From Oscillospiraceae bacterium (GTDB lineage Bacteria; Bacillota; Clostridia; Oscillospirales; CAG-272): 64,000 bases of DNA. Positions 38,016 through 46,743 of the stretch are shown here, piece after piece (position 1 is the stretch's first letter; each line of letters starts with the position of its first letter). The stretch lies in the NCBI GenBank assembly GCA_015064205.1, contig SVSR01000003.1, positions 33,194-97,193 of the forward strand, written 5' to 3'. The notes under the pieces were generated by a model. The model did no database searches, was not told where the DNA came from, and saw only the letters and a list, made by a program, of their open reading frames with translations. The translations under genes and the position numbers were made by a program.

Positions 38016-38741
38016 TTATTTTACAAATTTATTTATAAGTCTTGATTCATACGTTCCGTCTGCGATTCTGATATATCTTACATAAAGTGAAATCTTGTTA
38101 TCAGCATTAAGGCTGTTCCAGATATCATTCGTGAAAGAATCAATGTCGTTGTCTGTTGCAACTCTTTCAGGCTCACCCTCAAAGCTCGGAAGGGGACTGC
38201 CGTCCTTCATATATGTGTGAATGAAATTTCCGATACCTGCGAGAGAGGGGTATGAATATGTATATCTCATACAGTCGCTGCCATCACGGTCAGCAGACTT
38301 GAGTATGCTCATTTTGTACGTATATTTGCCGCCGTCAACCTTAAGCGCGGCGCTGATACGGGGTGTGAAGTTGGGAGCGTCAGGCTCAAAAAGGCGTGTT
38401 TCGAGCGCTTCTTCAAAAGTTTTACCCTCTTTCATATAGTCATAAATAGTATCGGTCTGATCACCGTTTGTAACTATAGTAGTATCTCCCCACACCTTTA
38501 CAGGAGAATAAATAATAAGAGAAGGGTCTTCAACCTTTGATTCGTCAAAGGGCGCTGTAATAATTTCGCCGCCTGCCTTTTCTTCAAATACACGGTTACG
38601 GCTGTTATCGCTTCTACCCATGATGAAGTATGCAAACACAGCGTTCTCACCATCAGGTGTTGTGCCGACAACGATTCCGCGTCCGGGGTACGTGCATGAA
38701 TTTAAAAGGTCGTTCAATTTCAAAGTATCAAGTGCGCTCAT
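38016..38741 (-). CDS. purO: IMP cyclohydrolase, PurO (archaeal) type
   Basis: 241 aa. YPGRGIVVG...FAYFIMGRSDNSRNR matches the PurO family N-terminus. Confidence 0.75.
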   Translation of the reverse strand: MSALDTLKLNDLLNSCTYPGRGIVVGTTPDGENAVFAYFIMGRSDNSRNRVFEEKAGGEIITAPFDESKVEDPSLIIYSPVKVWGDTTIVTNGDQTDTIYDYMKEGKTFEEALETRLFEPDAPNFTPRISAALKVDGGKYTYKMSILKSADRDGSDCMRYTYSYPSLAGIGNFIHTYMKDGSPLPSFEGEPERVATDNDIDSFTNDIWNSLNADNKISLYVRYIRIADGTYESRLINKFVK

Positions 38742-38757
38742 AATCTATCTTCCTTTC

Positions 38758-39378
38758 TTACTTAACAAGTTCGTTTTTCTTTTTGGAAACAATATCGCGG
38801 CAGACCTTTTCGCATGCTACGGGAAGTATCTTCCATTCTGCCTGACGCATTACGCGGCGCTGAAGCATTTCGGGCGTATCGTGCGCGCCTACTGCTACCG
38901 CTTTCTGCATGATAATTCTGCCTCCGTCGGGCACTTCATTTACAAAATGCACCGTTGCTCCCGTTACCTTCACACCGTAAGCAAGCGCCGCTTCGTGAAC
39001 CTTAAGGCCGTAAAAGCCCTTACCGCAGAAAGACGGTATGAGAGACGGGTGCACGTTGATTATCCTTTCGGGATAACGTGACGTGAATTTTTCTGTCAGG
39101 ATACACATAAATCCTGCAAGTACGATAAGATCGATCTCATATTCGTCAAGAAGCTTTATGATCTGATCTTCTATATCCATCTCAGTACCGCGCTTAACGA
39201 TAGCCGTGTCGATCGAGTTTTCTCTTGCCCTGGTGAGAGCATAAGCTTCGCTGTTATTTGAAATAACGAGCTCTATTTTACCGTGCTTGATAATATTATT
39301 GTTTTGGGCATCAATAAGTGCCTGCAGATTCGTTCCGCCTCCGGATACGAGAACTGCTATTTTTGCTGTGGTCATCAT
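38758..39378 (-). CDS. purN: phosphoribosylglycinamide formyltransferase
   Basis: 206 aa. VLVSGGGTNLQALID, INVHPSL and a GATVH segment (VKVTGATVHFV). Confidence 0.9.
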   Translation of the reverse strand: MMTTAKIAVLVSGGGTNLQALIDAQNNNIIKHGKIELVISNNSEAYALTRARENSIDTAIVKRGTEMDIEDQIIKLLDEYEIDLIVLAGFMCILTEKFTSRYPERIINVHPSLIPSFCGKGFYGLKVHEAALAYGVKVTGATVHFVNEVPDGGRIIMQKAVAVGAHDTPEMLQRRVMRQAEWKILPVACEKVCRDIVSKKKNELVK

Positions 39379-39408
39379 ATTCTCCTGTAATTATGTCCAA
39401 GTATCAAT

Positions 39409-40032
39409 TCAGTCTTTAATTTCGCCGGCAAGCTTTTTAACAATCGGTATAAAGCAACCGCCAAGCGTATTGCCTACTACCGCAAGTCCTAAAAATCCCC
39501 AAACTTCGGGATAAAACATTCTTGCCGTGAAAAAGTAATACATATCTGCTATCGAGTGCTCATATCCCGAAAGAATGAACACGGGAACGCAGAAAATTAT
39601 GCCTGCGATACTGTTTTTTCTTGCAAATACCGTTACGGCAACGTACATAAGTATTCCGCACATAAAAGCGGATGCAAGTATCTGACAAATACCCTTTTCG
39701 AGTTTGCCCTCACACATAATGCGTGCAGTTTCAAAAAGCGCATCAGATGTGGATACGTTGCATATGTAGGATGCCAAAAGTGTTCCAAGCATATTACCTA
39801 TAATGCATGTGAACAAAAGCGGTATATCCTGCTTTTTATTCTCGCTGTATACTATCGCTCCGATCTTACCTGTAAACAGATGAAGTCCGAGCATACATAT
39901 GGTAAGAAGTGCAACCGCAAAGAATACCGCGCCTTCTACACCGCCAAGCTTCAGATTAACAGTACCGCCTATTCCTATCATCACGCCGCCCGCAAAGCTG
40001 AGTGCAAGCGACTGACGTGCGCGGCTTAGCAA
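39409..40032 (-). CDS. short formate/nitrite transporter (FNT) family protein
   Basis: 207 aa. [18 protein letters not shown] and GNTLGG resemble FNT signatures. The TTG start overlaps the purM stop (TTGCTAA) after an AAGGTGGAG RBS. Confidence 0.65.
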   Translation of the reverse strand: MLSRARQSLALSFAGGVMIGIGGTVNLKLGGVEGAVFFAVALLTICMLGLHLFTGKIGAIVYSENKKQDIPLLFTCIIGNMLGTLLASYICNVSTSDALFETARIMCEGKLEKGICQILASAFMCGILMYVAVTVFARKNSIAGIIFCVPVFILSGYEHSIADMYYFFTARMFYPEVWGFLGLAVVGNTLGGCFIPIVKKLAGEIKD

Positions 40033-41072
40033 AGCTCCACCTTGTTATCGGCGTCTTCAATTATTTCTCCGATAACACGAGCGTCATTCTCGCCGTTTGC
40101 CGTAAGTATTCCAAGCGCTGTGTCAACATCATTGGCATCAACAACAAACGCCATACCAACACCCATGTTGAAGGTATTGTACATATCTCTTTCGGGAATA
40201 TTTCCCGTCTTCTGCAAAAGCTCGAATATAGCAAGCTTGGGAATCTTGTCTTTGTATATCTTAGCGCAGAGTCCGTCGGGGATTGCACGCGGAATATTTT
40301 CATAGAAGCCGCCGCCCGTTACGTGAGAAACGCTCTTTACACATATCTTTTCAAAAAGAGCAAGCATGGGCTTTACGTATATCTTTGTGGGCGCTAAAAG
40401 TGCTTCGCCGAGCGACTTGCCCCCAAGCTCTGCTCTGGGTGTTTTAAGGTCGCAGTTTTCAACGTCAAATACACGTCTTACAAGCGAAAATCCGTTGGAA
40501 TGAACGCCGCTTGAAGGAATTCCGATAACAACGTCACCGGCCTTCATCTTGCTCTTATCAAGAACTGCGGGTCTGTCTACTATACCAACAGAAAATCCTG
40601 CAAGGTCGTATTCATCCTCGGGATAGAAGCCGGGCATTTCTGCCGTTTCTCCGCCGATAAGTGCGGCACCTGCCATAACGCATCCGTCTGCAACACCTTT
40701 AACAATGTCCGCAACTCTTTCGGGCACGTTCTTTCCAAGCGCAATATAGTCAAGGAAGAACAGGGGCTTTGCGCCTGAGCAGATTATATCGTTTACGCAC
40801 ATAGCAACGCAGTCGATTCCGACTGTATCATGCTTATCCATAAGAAACGCGATTTTAAGCTTAGTACCAACACCGTCAGTGCCGCCTACAAGCACAGGGG
40901 ATGTATATCCCTTGAGATCAAGGGCGAATAATCCTCCGAAATCACCGATTCCCGAAATAGCTCCCTCGGTAACCGTTTTGGCGATGTGTGCCTTCATCAG
41001 TTCAACTGCTTTGTAGCCGGCCGTTATATCAACGCCTGCCGCCTTGTAGCTTTCGCTGTAGCTCTTTGACAT
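40026..41072 (-). CDS. purM: phosphoribosylformylglycinamidine cyclo-ligase
   Basis: 348 aa. [17 protein letters not shown] and GGETAEMPG motifs. Confidence 0.95.
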   Translation of the reverse strand: MSKSYSESYKAAGVDITAGYKAVELMKAHIAKTVTEGAISGIGDFGGLFALDLKGYTSPVLVGGTDGVGTKLKIAFLMDKHDTVGIDCVAMCVNDIICSGAKPLFFLDYIALGKNVPERVADIVKGVADGCVMAGAALIGGETAEMPGFYPEDEYDLAGFSVGIVDRPAVLDKSKMKAGDVVIGIPSSGVHSNGFSLVRRVFDVENCDLKTPRAELGGKSLGEALLAPTKIYVKPMLALFEKICVKSVSHVTGGGFYENIPRAIPDGLCAKIYKDKIPKLAIFELLQKTGNIPERDMYNTFNMGVGMAFVVDANDVDTALGILTANGENDARVIGEIIEDADNKVELC

Positions 41073-41111
41073 TTTTATATTCCTTTCGTAATAAAAATTT
41101 ATATATTTGTT

Positions 41112-42536
41112 TTATTCTTTTCCGTCCCAACAATACGTACAAAGTTTACACTTGTCTATGCCGATAGCTTCGATTATTCCTTCAAGCGACTGGAATTCAA
41201 GAGAATCAAAGTGAAGCGTTTCTGCAATTTTAGCACGAAGTTTCTTTCCTCTTTCGCTCGAAGCATCAATATACTCATCAATATGATTAAGTCCCTCTTC
41301 TCCTTCAAGCTCTGCTATTGTGCGTCTTGCAATAAGCTCAAGCTCTGAAGTTGCACGCGAGAAGTTAAGATATTTACAGCTGTACATTATAGGGGGACAT
41401 GCCGAGCGCATATGCACAGACTTTGCTCCGTTTTCATAAAGGAAATCTACCGTTTCCTTAAGCTGTGTTCCGCGTACAATCGAGTCATCAACGAAAAGCA
41501 GATTCTTATCCTTGATAAGCTCCTTTACGGGTATCTGCTTCATTTTTGCTATTCTGTTACGCTCAGCCTGAGTTGGCGGAGTGAAGCTTCTCGGCCATGT
41601 GGGCGTATACTTTATAAACGGGCGCGCAAACGGCTTTCCGCTTTCATTTGCATATCCTATCGCGTGAGGTGTTCCCGAGTCCGGCACACCGCAAGCATAG
41701 TCAATATCCTGCGCAAGGCCTTTTTGTTTATCATTCTCAGCAAGTATCTTGCCGTTTTTATATCTCATAAGCTCGACGTTTACACCCTCGTATATCGAGT
41801 TTGAATATCCGTAATACGTCCATAAGAACGAGCATATCTTCATTTTCTCACCCGGCGCTACAAGCTGTGTAACACTCTCAGGCGTAAGCTCAACGACCTC
41901 GCCCGGTCCAAGCTCTCTTTCAATCTCATAGCCAAGCTTTTCAAAGGCAAACGACTCAAACGAAACGCTGTGTCCCTCGTCGTTCTTGCCGATTATAACG
42001 GGGAGTCTGCCAAGCTTGTCTCTTGCTGCGATCAGAACTCCGTCGTTCTTTAAGATAAGCACCGACAGAGAGCCGTCAATTACCTCCTGGGCAAATTTTA
42101 TTCCCTCTTTAAAATCGCTCTTGTGATTTATAAGCGATGCAACGAGCTCGACCGTGTTTACCTTACCGCCCGTCATTACACCGAAATGGCCCCCGTTTGT
42201 CAGAAGGTATTTTTCAATAAGCTCGTCGGAATTGTTAACACGTCCGACTATTGAAATAGCATACGTTCCAATGTTTGAACGTATAAGAAGCGGCTGAGGG
42301 TCGCTGTCACTTATGCATCCGATAGCCGAACTGCCCTTCATTTCAATGAACACCTTGTCAAACTTAGTCCTGAAAGGTGAATTTTCAATATTGTGTATAT
42401 CGCGCTGAAGACCTATCTCAGTATCATATGCCGCCATACCCGCACGTCTTGTGCCAAGGTGCGAATGGTAGTCTGTTCCAAAGAATACGTCTGAGATTGC
42501 ATCACGCTTGCTTGCTACGCCAAAAAAACCTCCCAT
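41112..42536 (-). CDS. purF: amidophosphoribosyltransferase homolog lacking the N-terminal catalytic Cys
   Basis: 474 aa. The PRTase motif LLFVDDSIVRGTQ is present. The N-terminus reads MGGFFGV where PurF enzymes have the nucleophile Cys. GGAGG RBS, and the purE stop lies 17 nt upstream. Confidence 0.8.
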   Translation of the reverse strand: MGGFFGVASKRDAISDVFFGTDYHSHLGTRRAGMAAYDTEIGLQRDIHNIENSPFRTKFDKVFIEMKGSSAIGCISDSDPQPLLIRSNIGTYAISIVGRVNNSDELIEKYLLTNGGHFGVMTGGKVNTVELVASLINHKSDFKEGIKFAQEVIDGSLSVLILKNDGVLIAARDKLGRLPVIIGKNDEGHSVSFESFAFEKLGYEIERELGPGEVVELTPESVTQLVAPGEKMKICSFLWTYYGYSNSIYEGVNVELMRYKNGKILAENDKQKGLAQDIDYACGVPDSGTPHAIGYANESGKPFARPFIKYTPTWPRSFTPPTQAERNRIAKMKQIPVKELIKDKNLLFVDDSIVRGTQLKETVDFLYENGAKSVHMRSACPPIMYSCKYLNFSRATSELELIARRTIAELEGEEGLNHIDEYIDASSERGKKLRAKIAETLHFDSLEFQSLEGIIEAIGIDKCKLCTYCWDGKE

Positions 42537-42553
42537 AAGTCCTCCGCTTTATT

Positions 42554-43048
42554 TTAACCGTTGAATCTTGCGCTGATAGCTGCGTCCTTTTCTCTTATCT
42601 TGTCTGCTGCAGCCTTTCGTGCCGCGTCAAGCTTATCTGCAAGCTCTTTGTCTGCAGTTGCAAGTATCTGTATTGCCAGAAGCGCCGCGTTAACAGCGCC
42701 GTCAATAGCAACTGTTGCAACAGGTATGCCCGAAGGCATCTGTACAGTAGCAAGAAGAGCGTCAACACCGTCAAGGTTTGTTGCTCTTACAGGAAGGCCG
42801 ATAACAGGCAGTGTTGTATTTGCCGCCATAGCGCCTGCTAAATGTGCCGCCTTACCTGCCGCCGCTATAATTACGCCAATATTGTTTCCTTTTGCGCCGC
42901 GTGCAAACTCTGCTGCTTCAACAGGAGTTCTGTGCGCGCTGAGCACACGGACCTCAAAGGGTACGTCATACTCCTTTAGGGTATCAATAGCCTTTTCCAC
43001 AATACCAAGATCGCTGTCGCTACCCATAACGATTCCGACTTTTTTCAT
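42554..43048 (-). CDS. purE: 5-(carboxyamino)imidazole ribonucleotide mutase
   Basis: 164 aa. [10 protein letters not shown] and GAHLAG-type ([10 protein letters not shown]) motifs. Confidence 0.95.
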   Translation of the reverse strand: MKKVGIVMGSDSDLGIVEKAIDTLKEYDVPFEVRVLSAHRTPVEAAEFARGAKGNNIGVIIAAAGKAAHLAGAMAANTTLPVIGLPVRATNLDGVDALLATVQMPSGIPVATVAIDGAVNAALLAIQILATADKELADKLDAARKAAADKIREKDAAISARFNG

Positions 43049-43076
43049 AATTTCCTCCGTTTAGCCTTGCCGGCAC

Positions 43077-43190
43077 AAAATAAAAAAGGACATACGTACC
43101 CCATAAAACGGAATACGGCTGCCCAGACGGTCGGCTTATATTCTTCCCGACTCCCTTGCGTTAACTCGCTCATCCGTCAGTCATCGAGAA
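43077..43190 (-). promoter_or_regulatory. ZTP (pfl-motif) riboswitch with terminator expression platform
   Basis: The minus strand reads GAUGACUGACGG...CAAGGGAGUCGGG...CCGUCUGGGCAGCC, matching the ZTP consensus UGACUGGCG / GGGAGC / CCGCCUGGGCA. A hairpin overlapping GGGCA is followed by UUUUUUAUUUU. Confidence 0.7.
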
Positions 43191-43199
43191 ACCACTATT

Positions 43200-43229
43200 A
43201 TTTTACACCATTTTATCCCTTTTTGTCAA
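43200..43229 (-). promoter_or_regulatory. sigma-A type promoter for the pur operon (TTGACA-18-TAAAAT)
   Basis: Hexamers on the minus strand just upstream of the riboswitch. Confidence 0.5.
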
Positions 43230-43311
43230 TAGCTGTCGGTGTATAATTTTAAACGAATTATTTATTATATTTATATTTTAATAGTATACATTGACACATA
43301 AAGAAAGCCGA

Positions 43312-43340
43312 TTGACAAAACGGGCGATTCATACTATAAT
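43312..43340 (+). promoter_or_regulatory. consensus sigma-A promoter (TTGACA-17-TATAAT)
   Basis: Perfect hexamers, 38 nt upstream of the phosphodiesterase start. Confidence 0.55.
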
Positions 43341-43378
43341 GTAAACGAAATAAACACTCTGCGGGAGAACAAAAAATC

Positions 43379-43915
43379 ATGAAAATAATGATAGCGTCAG
43401 ATATACATGGCTCTGCAAAATATGCGGGCATACTCACAGATAGATTCAATGAATCAGGTGCTGACAAGCTTTTGCTTCTTGGCGACATACTCTACCACGG
43501 CCCGAGAAACGACCTGCCCGAAGAATATGCTCCCAAAAAGGTCATTGAGCTTTTAAATCCTCTAAAGGATAAAATACTTGCGGTGCGTGGAAACTGCGAC
43601 ACCGAAGTTGATCAGATGGTGCTTGATTTTCCGATTCTTGCGGACTATGCCGTTATCACCACGTCAGAGCGCACGATATATGCAACTCACGGGCACAAAT
43701 ACGGTCCTGACAATCCACCCCCGCTTTGTAATGGCGACATACTTCTCGGCGGTCACACACACGTTACAAAGGCTCAAGAATACGATAAATTCATATACAT
43801 AAATCCCGGCTCTGTTTCGATACCGAAAGAAGGCACAAAGAGGGGCTATATCATACTTGAAAACGGCATTTTCAGATTCTATGATATAGAGGGAAATTAT
43901 TTGATGAAATACTAA
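43379..43915 (+). CDS. YfcE/MJ0936-family metallophosphoesterase
   Basis: 178 aa. DIHGS, GDILYHGPRN, RGNCD, GHTH motifs. Confidence 0.85.
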   Translation: MKIMIASDIHGSAKYAGILTDRFNESGADKLLLLGDILYHGPRNDLPEEYAPKKVIELLNPLKDKILAVRGNCDTEVDQMVLDFPILADYAVITTSERTIYATHGHKYGPDNPPPLCNGDILLGGHTHVTKAQEYDKFIYINPGSVSIPKEGTKRGYIILENGIFRFYDIEGNYLMKY

Positions 43916-43917
43916 GC

Positions 43918-43946
43918 AGAAAAGGCACCCTGATTGGTGCCTTTCT
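43918..43946. terminator. bidirectional terminator
   Basis: AGAAAGGCACC-CTGATT-GGTGCCTTTCT. Confidence 0.75.
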
Positions 43947-46169
43947 TTATTTCTTAACCATGTCGCGTTGTGCCATTACGAGAGAATAATATATACCCTC
44001 TTTTTGCATAAGCTCGTCATGCGTTCCCATCTCTGCAATAGTACCGCGGTCTATTACTATAAGTCTGGTCGCGTTTCGAAGGGTTGAAAGCCTGTGAGCT
44101 ATTGCAAACGTTGTGCGGTTTTTAACGAGATTTGAAAGCGCATCCTGTACTCTGCGCTCGGTTTCGGTATCAAGCGACGCCGTTGCCTCATCAAGTATCA
44201 GAATCTTCGGGTCTCTGAGAAGCGCTCTCGCTATTGCTACCCTTTGACGCTCACCGCCGGACAGTGTATATCCCCTCTCGCCAACCTTGGTATTGTACGC
44301 TTCGGGAAGCTTCATAATAAACGAATGTGCACCTGCCGCCTTTGATGCAGCTATTACCTCCTTGTAGCTCGCATCGGGCTTGGCATATGCAATATTATCA
44401 TATACCGAACCGGTAAAAAGGAATGTCTCCTGAAGCACCGCTCCTATCTGACTTTTGTATGAATGCTGGGTCATTGCTCTTATGTCAACACCGTCAACCT
44501 TGATGTAACCCGAGCTTGGATCATACATTCTCATAATAAGATTTATAAGTGTGGATTTGCCTGCTCCCGAACGTCCGACAATTCCTATCATTTCTCCGGG
44601 TTTTACAGTCAAATTTATTCCCCTTAATACCTCTTTGGTTTCATCATACCCAAAGCAGAGATTTGATATCTCCACCTCGCCCTTTATATCGTTAAACTTT
44701 GCATCGGGCGTGTCCTTCATATCCTCATCTTCATCAACAAGTTCAAAAAGCTTGCCGATGTGCCCGACAAAGCTTACTATAAGTTTAGGCAAAAATGCAA
44801 AATGAATAAGCGGTGAATATATTATTGAAATATACGAAGAAAACATCGCCATTTCTCCGAGCGTCATCATACCCTGAAGGATTCTGTTACCTGCGAAATA
44901 GAGTATGAAAAATTCACCGAGTCCTGCAATAAAGTTCAGAGGGTGAATTACAAGAGGCCATATAGTCTCATTTTTTATCATAACATCTCTGTATTGCTTT
45001 GCGGCATTATCGTATCTTTCAAACTCACTTTTTTCAGTACCGTATGATTTTACCACACGTATACCGGAATATATATCGTGAAGTATGCTGCTGCTTTGCG
45101 CGCCCTTTTCTCTTTGCTTTATCCAAATTGCTCCCGTAGGCTCCTTTATAGCATAGAAAAGAAATACAATAACAGGTATTGTTGCAAGTACTACAAGTGC
45201 AAGCTTTACGTCATAAATGAAAAGGAAAACGCCGGCAGCAACAAGCTTGAAGGTATGCTCCATGTAATTCGGAATATGCTCTGTTAGTGTCCACTGTATT
45301 TCAGTAACCTCGTTATTTATTCTTCTGAACAGATCCCCCGAATCATACTTCCCGCTTTTAGAAACAGAGAGGGCTTGTACCTTATCAAAAGTAAGCGTTG
45401 CAAGTTTGGTCTGTATGCCGAGCCCTGCGCTGCTACTGAAATAACGTCTTAGTACCGACAATAAATTAAGTATTATCTGTACAACTATCATTGAAAGTAT
45501 CACGAGAGCAAATCCCGCATAAGACACACTTTCCGCTTCATTTTTTATATAGTCGTCAACAAGTATTTTGTTTACATACGGAATCAGAAGAGATACAAGA
45601 GATATAACTATAAGCGCAAGTGCCGTTGCAATTATGTAAAAACGGAATTCTTTTGATATATTAAGAGTGCGTAAAACAAGCTTCATTGAACTTGAGCATT
45701 TGGGGCACCTCTCTTCTCCGATATTAAGAATCCTGCCGCAGTTTTGGCACTTTCTCTCTTTGGTGTGCTTTTTCTCAGATTCTTTCTCGTTTTCATCAGT
45801 GTTATCCGATTTAAACATCTCGTTGCATCTGCGTGCAATTTTTGTATAAAGCTTTGAGTCACGCATATCAGAACGGCAAAGTATTATCATCTCGTCGTCA
45901 TGTCTGCACTCTAAAAACACGCACCCGCTTTCGTTTACAGCACGAATATCTGACACACGTTCACTTTCTATAAAGCGTGTGCCGCCGTCCTTGCTTGCTA
46001 TAAATATTCCCTCTTTGCAAAATCCGATTACCCCGTCTTTGGGCAAAGAAAACGGACATATTTCAAAAAAGTCATACTTATCTGCTTCACTACAAATCGA
46101 ACTGAGCTTTTTGGCAAGGATCTTTTTATCCTGCCTCTCTTCTCTTATCTTGCGATACTTTTTTTCCAT
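43947..46169 (-). CDS. ABC exporter half-transporter (TMD-NBD) with a ~170-aa N-terminal extension including a zinc ribbon
   Basis: 740 aa. CQNCGRILNIGEERCPKC at aa 141-158 precedes TM1. Walker A GRSGAGKST, LSGGERQR, ILILDEATA, AHRLST. Confidence 0.85.
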   Translation of the reverse strand: MEKKYRKIREERQDKKILAKKLSSICSEADKYDFFEICPFSLPKDGVIGFCKEGIFIASKDGGTRFIESERVSDIRAVNESGCVFLECRHDDEMIILCRSDMRDSKLYTKIARRCNEMFKSDNTDENEKESEKKHTKERKCQNCGRILNIGEERCPKCSSSMKLVLRTLNISKEFRFYIIATALALIVISLVSLLIPYVNKILVDDYIKNEAESVSYAGFALVILSMIVVQIILNLLSVLRRYFSSSAGLGIQTKLATLTFDKVQALSVSKSGKYDSGDLFRRINNEVTEIQWTLTEHIPNYMEHTFKLVAAGVFLFIYDVKLALVVLATIPVIVFLFYAIKEPTGAIWIKQREKGAQSSSILHDIYSGIRVVKSYGTEKSEFERYDNAAKQYRDVMIKNETIWPLVIHPLNFIAGLGEFFILYFAGNRILQGMMTLGEMAMFSSYISIIYSPLIHFAFLPKLIVSFVGHIGKLFELVDEDEDMKDTPDAKFNDIKGEVEISNLCFGYDETKEVLRGINLTVKPGEMIGIVGRSGAGKSTLINLIMRMYDPSSGYIKVDGVDIRAMTQHSYKSQIGAVLQETFLFTGSVYDNIAYAKPDASYKEVIAASKAAGAHSFIMKLPEAYNTKVGERGYTLSGGERQRVAIARALLRDPKILILDEATASLDTETERRVQDALSNLVKNRTTFAIAHRLSTLRNATRLIVIDRGTIAEMGTHDELMQKEGIYYSLVMAQRDMVKK

Positions 46170-46184
46170 AAAGGTTTATCCTTT

Positions 46185-46730
46185 TTATATGTACATTTCA
46201 AGCTTTTTGCGGCTTTTCTTATCAAGCGCCTCTACTGAATCAATGTAGTATCTGTTTCCGTCAACATCGATCATAACTATCCTGTCTTCGCCTATACGTA
46301 TAATACTTCTGTATATATCACGAAGCGGAATGTCTATATCTCCACAGTCGCACTGTACTGCGAAATATGCATACCCGAGTTTTTCCTTAACAGATTTTAT
46401 CTTGAGAATATGCGCCGAGTAATATACCCTTTCAAGTTCTTCTCTTATAAGGACAATCTCATACTCGGGATATACCGTAATATCTTCTATAAGGCCTATT
46501 TCATTTAAATCCTCATCAAGAACCGAAATATAGTTTTCGCTTGAAGTAAAGGGAAAAGCACGTCTGAGCTTGACTCTGTCATAGTGACTTTTGCGATCAA
46601 TATCAAGTGCACTTTCCTTCAAAAGAGATGTATCGCACGTTATATCAAGCCCAAGAAAATCCGAGCATTTTACAAAATGAGTAAACTCAGGCGTCAGATA
46701 AACTACCGTATTGTTAGTTTTTATATCCAT
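46185..46730 (-). CDS. DUF1854-like protein
   Basis: 181 aa from the ATG at 46730 (GGAGA RBS, 13 nt after the upstream stop). RRAFPF...EIGLIED...REELERVYY...ILKIKSV...DVDGNRYYI..ALDKKSRKKLE fits my recollection of the DUF1854 pattern. Confidence 0.6.
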   Translation of the reverse strand: MDIKTNNTVVYLTPEFTHFVKCSDFLGLDITCDTSLLKESALDIDRKSHYDRVKLRRAFPFTSSENYISVLDEDLNEIGLIEDITVYPEYEIVLIREELERVYYSAHILKIKSVKEKLGYAYFAVQCDCGDIDIPLRDIYRSIIRIGEDRIVMIDVDGNRYYIDSVEALDKKSRKKLEMYI

Positions 46731-46743
46731 CACATTATCTCCT

